Source of the DNA: a bacterium
GTDB taxonomy: Bacteria; Zhuqueibacterota; Zhuqueibacteria; Oceanimicrobiales; Oceanimicrobiaceae
DNA length: 20,379 bases
NCBI GenBank assembly: GCA_037446635.1
Contig: JBBIIG010000067.1
Coordinates: 1-20,379, forward strand
Direction: 5' to 3'
Part shown: positions 15,596 to 20,379 of the stretch, piece by piece
Position numbering within the stretch: the stretch's first letter is position 1
Layout of the letters: every line of letters begins with the position of its first letter
Position numbers and translations under genes: made by a program
Notes under the pieces: model-generated
Seen by the model: the letters and a program-made list of their open reading frames with translations, nothing else
Databases searched by the model: none
Told to the model about the DNA's origin: nothing

Positions 15596-16948
15596 TTATC
15601 TCTCCGGGAACTCGTCCTCGGGGATTTCCATGCGCGCGATGTGCTTGTCGCCGCGGGCGGGACGGTCAATGGGCAAGGTGTTCAACAGGCCGTAGCGCCG
15701 CAGATCCACCCAGCGGTGGCCTTCGCCGAACAGCGAGTAGCGTTTTTCGTGCAGCAAACGGCTGAGCCCGTTGCTGGCGTCGGTGCCGGAATAGGGCGCC
15801 AAACCAGCCGCGGCGCGCACGATGTTCATATCGGCTTCAGCCGCTGCAAAGTTGCCCAAGCCGATGTTGGCTTCGGCGCGCAGCAAAATCAACTCTTCGT
15901 TGCGAATGATCGGATAGGGGGAGGTGGGGTTTTGCGCCAATACCGCCACCAAATCCGTGCTCAAACCATCGAACACTTCGACATTGGCCCGCTTGAAGGT
16001 CTTGGACGAAAACCGCAAGTCGCCCGGCTCAGCGTCGGTTTGAAAAGTTTGATGCGCGCGCAGCTTGACAAACGCAGCCGTCGGGTCCTCAAACACCGGG
16101 CTCAACACGTCGCCGGCGCCGGTGCCGTAAATGTGATAAACCCCAGCCGCTAAACTGCCGCCCGGATTCAGGAATGAGCCCTGCAACGCCGTCAACGCTT
16201 CCGCAAACTTGCCGCTGTAAACCAACACTCGCGCAGCTAACGCGCGGTTAAAGCGGGAGAACGTGGCGGGGGTGTCAAAGTTAGCAAAGCCCGACGACAA
16301 TTGGAACGAAAACGCGCTGCCGGCCCCTGCCAGTGCCGTGTTGGCGGCATTGAGCTCGCTTTCAATGAATGCGAGGGCAGCCGCGCGGTTTACGAACGGC
16401 GCGTTGAGGGCGTCCTCGGTATCAAAATCGATTAGTTTGATGCTGCGGCCCTGCGCGTCCTGATCCACATAATTTAAAGCCAGCAAAAGCTGGTAGGCGC
16501 GAATGGTTCTGGCAAACGCCTCGACGCCGGCTCTGGTTTCCGGAGTCGAGATATTCTGCGCCCGTCTCAAAAGTTCGTTACAAATCTCAACCACACGATA
16601 GCGAGCCGACCACGGCCGCTCCGAGAGGAAGCCGCCCGGATCGATATCGCCAAACAGCAGCTCGCCGGTGAAGCGGGGGTCGGCGGGCTCCCAGAAATAA
16701 CCTTCCCGACCCAGGGTCATGGTAGCTTGAATATAAATGTCCAACTCCTCTCTCATCTCCGATTCCGCACCGGTGACGAGAGTTTGAATCGAAGCGCTGT
16801 TGATGTCAGCCGCATTCGGGTTGGTGAAATTGAGCGTCTCGCACCCAACCAAAAGCAGAAACGCTAACAGCAGACCCATGCTGGCGAGGAGGCCGGCCAG
16901 CTTCGTCCTGCGTGATTTATATGTCGTTTTCATTTTTTGAGTCTCCAT
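15596..16948 (-). CDS. susD: RagB/SusD-family nutrient-binding outer-membrane lipoprotein
   Basis: Lipobox LLVGC, IIRNEELILLRAEA, MNIVRAAAGL and HEKRYSLFGEGHRWVDLRR. Directly downstream of susC. The real start may be the ATG at 16933, which is preceded by GGAG. Confidence 0.93.
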   Translation of the reverse strand: METQKMKTTYKSRRTKLAGLLASMGLLLAFLLLVGCETLNFTNPNAADINSASIQTLVTGAESEMREELDIYIQATMTLGREGYFWEPADPRFTGELLFGDIDPGGFLSERPWSARYRVVEICNELLRRAQNISTPETRAGVEAFARTIRAYQLLLALNYVDQDAQGRSIKLIDFDTEDALNAPFVNRAAALAFIESELNAANTALAGAGSAFSFQLSSGFANFDTPATFSRFNRALAARVLVYSGKFAEALTALQGSFLNPGGSLAAGVYHIYGTGAGDVLSPVFEDPTAAFVKLRAHQTFQTDAEPGDLRFSSKTFKRANVEVFDGLSTDLVAVLAQNPTSPYPIIRNEELILLRAEANIGLGNFAAAEADMNIVRAAAGLAPYSGTDASNGLSRLLHEKRYSLFGEGHRWVDLRRYGLLNTLPIDRPARGDKHIARMEIPEDEFPER

Positions 16949-16958
16949 TTCCGGTTAA

Positions 16959-19900
16959 TTACAGACCGAACGCCAGGTTAAAATAGAACTGCCGCGACGA
17001 CGGGAACGGCAGGGTATCCACGCTGCGACCCACCGCAACGTTGCCGAACTGGCTCACTTCGGGGTCGTAGCCGTCGTAACCGGTGAACATGAGCAGGTTG
17101 CGCCCGGCCACGCCAATTCGCATATACGACAATTGGCCGCCGCTCAACCGGCTGACCACCGAACGCGGGAGGGAATAGGATAGGCTCAGTTCTCTTAATT
17201 TTAAGTACGTGCCGTCTTCAACATAAGGAGCGGTTTGGCTTCCCAGGACGGTTAAACGGCCCACGCCATTCGTAAGCGGATTTCCGTCTTCATCAACAAA
17301 GCCCTCGCTGAAACTATCAAAATCAGGCGAAGTGCCGCCTAAGTCCATAATCAACTTGCCAAGATTGATGACGTCGCCGCCTTGCTGCCAATCCCACAGG
17401 AAGCTGATTTCAAAGTTGCCGATGTTGAAATTATTATTAAAAGCAAGATTGAAATCGGGCGTGCCATTTCCAAGAATATTGTCGATGGTGCCGTCGGCAT
17501 TAAACACCGTTTCCGCGCCAACGATCGTGGTGGGAGAAAACCCCTCTTGAATACGCATGGTGCCGAGGAAGAGCGCGAAGCCGCCGAGGTTGAAGGGATC
17601 GACGTCCAACTGGGTAATTTTAGAATCGGTGGTGAAGAAATTGACGCGCGAAGTCCAGTTGAAATTGCGCTTACGAATGGGCGTCAAACCCAGCGAGGCC
17701 TCAAAGCCGGTGGTGCGCATTTTACCAGCGTTGGTCTCGATGGTGGAGAAACCACTGGAGGGCGGCAGGTTGGCTTCCAGAATCAGATCGCTGATGTTCT
17801 GGCGATAGTAGGTGAGCTCCAGGGTGCCGTTGCCGTTCAAGATGGTGGCGTCCACGCCGAGTTCAATTTCTTTGGTGCGCTCGGGTTTGATATTGGGGTC
17901 GCCACGGCGCGCCGCCGGGACTAATCCGGTGCGGCCGCCAATGTTTTCGGCGAGCAGGTTGGTGAATTTCGCATTCGGCCGCGGCAGGTTGCCGGTTTCG
18001 CCGTAGGCCGCGCGCAGCTTGAATTCGCTGGCAAGCCCGGAGAGGCCTTTCCAGAAACCATATTGCGACAAACGAATCGATCCCGAAACTTTCGGGAACA
18101 GGTAGTACTTGTCCACATCGCCGTTGGCACTGCTGGCGTCGCCGCGCAACGCGCCCGTGACGTAGATTTTTTCATTCAGATCGATTTCTTCCTGAATGAA
18201 AAAGCCGCGTTCCCGCTGCTTTTCAATGGTTTGAAAAACTTCCACGCTGGCGGCCTGATCCACGTTGGACTGAGTTTGAATTAGGCCGTTGGAGTTAACC
18301 AACACATTGTTGATGTGACGATTTTCGAATTGCACGCCGCCGGTGGTGCGGAAAATAATGTTGCCGCTGGTGTTGAAAGTGTGCGTGAGGTTCAGGTACA
18401 AGTTGGAGAAAATGTTTTCGGTCTCACCGTTAACCGTTTCGCCGGGCAAAGGCGCGTTGCGCTCAAATTGCAGCTCGTTGGGGCTGAACACGAAATGCTC
18501 CGCCGAGAAGAAATCCGCGCCGGCCTGCAGGATGAAATCCAGCGCGTGCGCCTGACTGCGGATCATATTAAAATCAATACGGGCTGAACCAATAGTGCGA
18601 AACACGGTTTCCTCGTTTCTAAAAAAATCGCGCGTTTCCACCGGGTTGGAGGGGTTGAATGGATGGATGGGATAGCCCGTTGGTCCTGCCGGCAAATTAC
18701 CGCCCTGACCCAGCGGCCGTTCAAGATCGATAAAACTCGGGGTGAAGCCCAAGGAGAAGCCCAGGGTGGTATTGGTGTTATCGTTACCGGTTATCGAGCG
18801 TTGAGACTCGGAACGCGCAAACGTGGTAAAGGCGCTGACTTTAAGACGTTCGCTGATTTTGTGATTGACATTGACTTTGCAGGAAAACTTTTGGTAATCG
18901 GTGTTTTTCACAATGCCGTCCTCATCCTGCACCAAGCCGCTTACATAAAACTGGGTATTTTCGGAACCGCCGCGCACACTCAGCGAGGTTTCGGAAATGA
19001 AGCCTTCGTTTCCAAACAGCACTTCTTCCTGATCGATAAAACGGCCGCCAAGGGCGTTAAACAGCGCCAAGCCTTGTGAACCGTATTGCGCCTCGGCCGT
19101 TTCAGCCGTAAAACGTCGCGTACCAATCTTGTTAAGAATGGAGCTGAAGCCTAACTGCTGAGTTACATCGACGCGGGTTTTGCCGGCCGTGCCGCCCTTG
19201 GTGGTAATGATCACCACGCCGTTGGTAGCCTTCGAGCCGTAAATGGCCGCGGCGCTGGCGCCTTTCAACACTTCAATATTTTCAATATCATTGGGATTGA
19301 GATCCGCAATGCGGTTGGTGGGTTGGCCCTGCGGCCGCGCGCTGCCAGCGACCGTAGCTTCGGAAACCAAATCGAGACCCGATTGAATGGCGACGTTGCT
19401 AACGATCACGCCATCCACCACATAAAGCGGCTGCGTTTCGCCGGTGATGGTGGAGAGCCCGCGCAAGTTAACGTTGATTCCTCCGCCCGGGGCCCCGGTA
19501 TTTTGGCTGACGTTGATGCCCGCAATTTTGCCGTTCAGGGCGCGCTCTAACGTCTGCGCCGGTGCCGGCACCAGTTCCTTGGATGACACCGTACCCACTG
19601 AGTTCGCCAGATTTCTTTTCTTCACCGAAGTTGCCAGACCAGTCACCACCACTTCGGAAACCTTGAGAACGTCTTCTTCCATCGCAATGGTTAAATCATT
19701 CGTGCTGGCTTCCACGGTGACTTCCACCGTCTTGTAGCCGATGAAGCTGACAACCAAAGTTGCCCGAGTGAAATTTGGCAACCGCATGTGGAACTTGCCA
19801 TCGCGGTCGGTGGCCGTACCCAAGTTCGTTCCCTTCACCGCCACGTTCGCGCCCGGCAGCGCTTCCCCCGTTTGATTCTCCGTTACTTTTCCAGCAATCT

Positions 19901-19979
19901 CCAGCGCCTGCGCCAGCAGCGCCGATGCGCTGAAGGCAAGGAGCAGGAGCGTCAGGATAATTAGATTTAGTCGTTTCAT
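16959..19979 (-). CDS. susC: SusC/RagA-family TonB-dependent outer-membrane transporter
   Basis: Signal peptide, N-terminal extension (GEALPGANVAVKGT..GTATDRDGKF), EVVVTG, PLYVVDG, DLNPNDIENIEVLKGASAAAIYGSKATNGVVIITTK, IKPERTKEIELG, YLKLRELSLSY and YDGYDPEV. Confidence 0.97.
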   Translation of the reverse strand: MKRLNLIILTLLLLAFSASALLAQALEIAGKVTENQTGEALPGANVAVKGTNLGTATDRDGKFHMRLPNFTRATLVVSFIGYKTVEVTVEASTNDLTIAMEEDVLKVSEVVVTGLATSVKKRNLANSVGTVSSKELVPAPAQTLERALNGKIAGINVSQNTGAPGGGINVNLRGLSTITGETQPLYVVDGVIVSNVAIQSGLDLVSEATVAGSARPQGQPTNRIADLNPNDIENIEVLKGASAAAIYGSKATNGVVIITTKGGTAGKTRVDVTQQLGFSSILNKIGTRRFTAETAEAQYGSQGLALFNALGGRFIDQEEVLFGNEGFISETSLSVRGGSENTQFYVSGLVQDEDGIVKNTDYQKFSCKVNVNHKISERLKVSAFTTFARSESQRSITGNDNTNTTLGFSLGFTPSFIDLERPLGQGGNLPAGPTGYPIHPFNPSNPVETRDFFRNEETVFRTIGSARIDFNMIRSQAHALDFILQAGADFFSAEHFVFSPNELQFERNAPLPGETVNGETENIFSNLYLNLTHTFNTSGNIIFRTTGGVQFENRHINNVLVNSNGLIQTQSNVDQAASVEVFQTIEKQRERGFFIQEEIDLNEKIYVTGALRGDASSANGDVDKYYLFPKVSGSIRLSQYGFWKGLSGLASEFKLRAAYGETGNLPRPNAKFTNLLAENIGGRTGLVPAARRGDPNIKPERTKEIELGVDATILNGNGTLELTYYRQNISDLILEANLPPSSGFSTIETNAGKMRTTGFEASLGLTPIRKRNFNWTSRVNFFTTDSKITQLDVDPFNLGGFALFLGTMRIQEGFSPTTIVGAETVFNADGTIDNILGNGTPDFNLAFNNNFNIGNFEISFLWDWQQGGDVINLGKLIMDLGGTSPDFDSFSEGFVDEDGNPLTNGVGRLTVLGSQTAPYVEDGTYLKLRELSLSYSLPRSVVSRLSGGQLSYMRIGVAGRNLLMFTGYDGYDPEVSQFGNVAVGRSVDTLPFPSSRQFYFNLAFGL

Positions 19980-20048
19980 TACTGTTCCCTCTCTTTAATT
20001 TGAAACTCATTTGAAACGTTTTTTGAATGAATCAATTTTTTGTGGTTG

Positions 20049-20077
20049 CTATTTGGGTTTCATAGCGCATCCTCCTT
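20049..20077 (-). other. Perfect SD plus 4-codon upstream ORF (MKPK) in the susC leader
   Basis: AAGGAGG (20077-20071), a 7-nt spacer, then ATG AAA CCC AAA TAG (20063-20049). Confidence 0.45.
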
Positions 20078-20379
20078 TCCCCCGCTAGAAACTCAATGAA
20101 ATGATTGAATTACATCCAACGCCTGAATCTGAAATCAAGTAATTTGAAAAAAAATAGCAAGAGATTTTTTTGATGTTGAGCAACATCTATTCCACGACCT
20201 GTTTTTATATGAGTTATGCTAAATAAAAACAGCAATGCAAAACCATAGGGCGCTGCTACAGAAGCGCTATGAAAGTGCAACTATTTGCACCCTTGCTTCA
20301 ATGGATTGCATAATGCCAGAAATTTGTTAGCTGTAGAAAGCACGTGCTCGTAATTCAAGAATAAGTGTGAGGCGGGGAA

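Noticed and set aside
20236..20290. Resemblance to part of a cyclic-di-GMP-I riboswitch (gcaaaaccataggg...ctatga)
   Set aside because: The upstream GGCAAAC stem with a GNRA tetraloop is absent. An Rfam/Infernal scan would settle it.

Overview
Gene-dense chromosomal window, roughly 55% GC by eye, from a diderm bacterium. The SusC/SusD pair, the GWxTD-domain protein and the use of clear Shine-Dalgarno sites suggest an FCB-group lineage outside Bacteroidota, such as KSB1 or Calditrichota (inference only). On the + strand are a metal ABC permease, a secreted M24 peptidase and a receiver-only response regulator with a C-terminal transmembrane tail behind a sigma28-like promoter. On the - strand are an initiator tRNA-fMet; a tightly coupled seven-gene envelope operon (flippase, GT-C glycosyltransferase, D-glucuronyl C5-epimerase homologue, GT4, GDPD, M23 peptidase, rhomboid); a small DUF5658-like gene among REP-like palindromes; a variant GWxTD protein; and a susC-susD pair. 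The ORF track misses a low-GC cassette with its own promoter (about 15079-15519), encoding 64-, 38- and 20-aa peptides; the last two are paralogues differing mostly at synonymous sites. It also misses a 4-codon uORF with a perfect SD and an 11-bp inverted repeat upstream of susC. No integrase, transposase, CRISPR array or rRNA was seen. All family assignments come from motif recognition by eye, not database searches.
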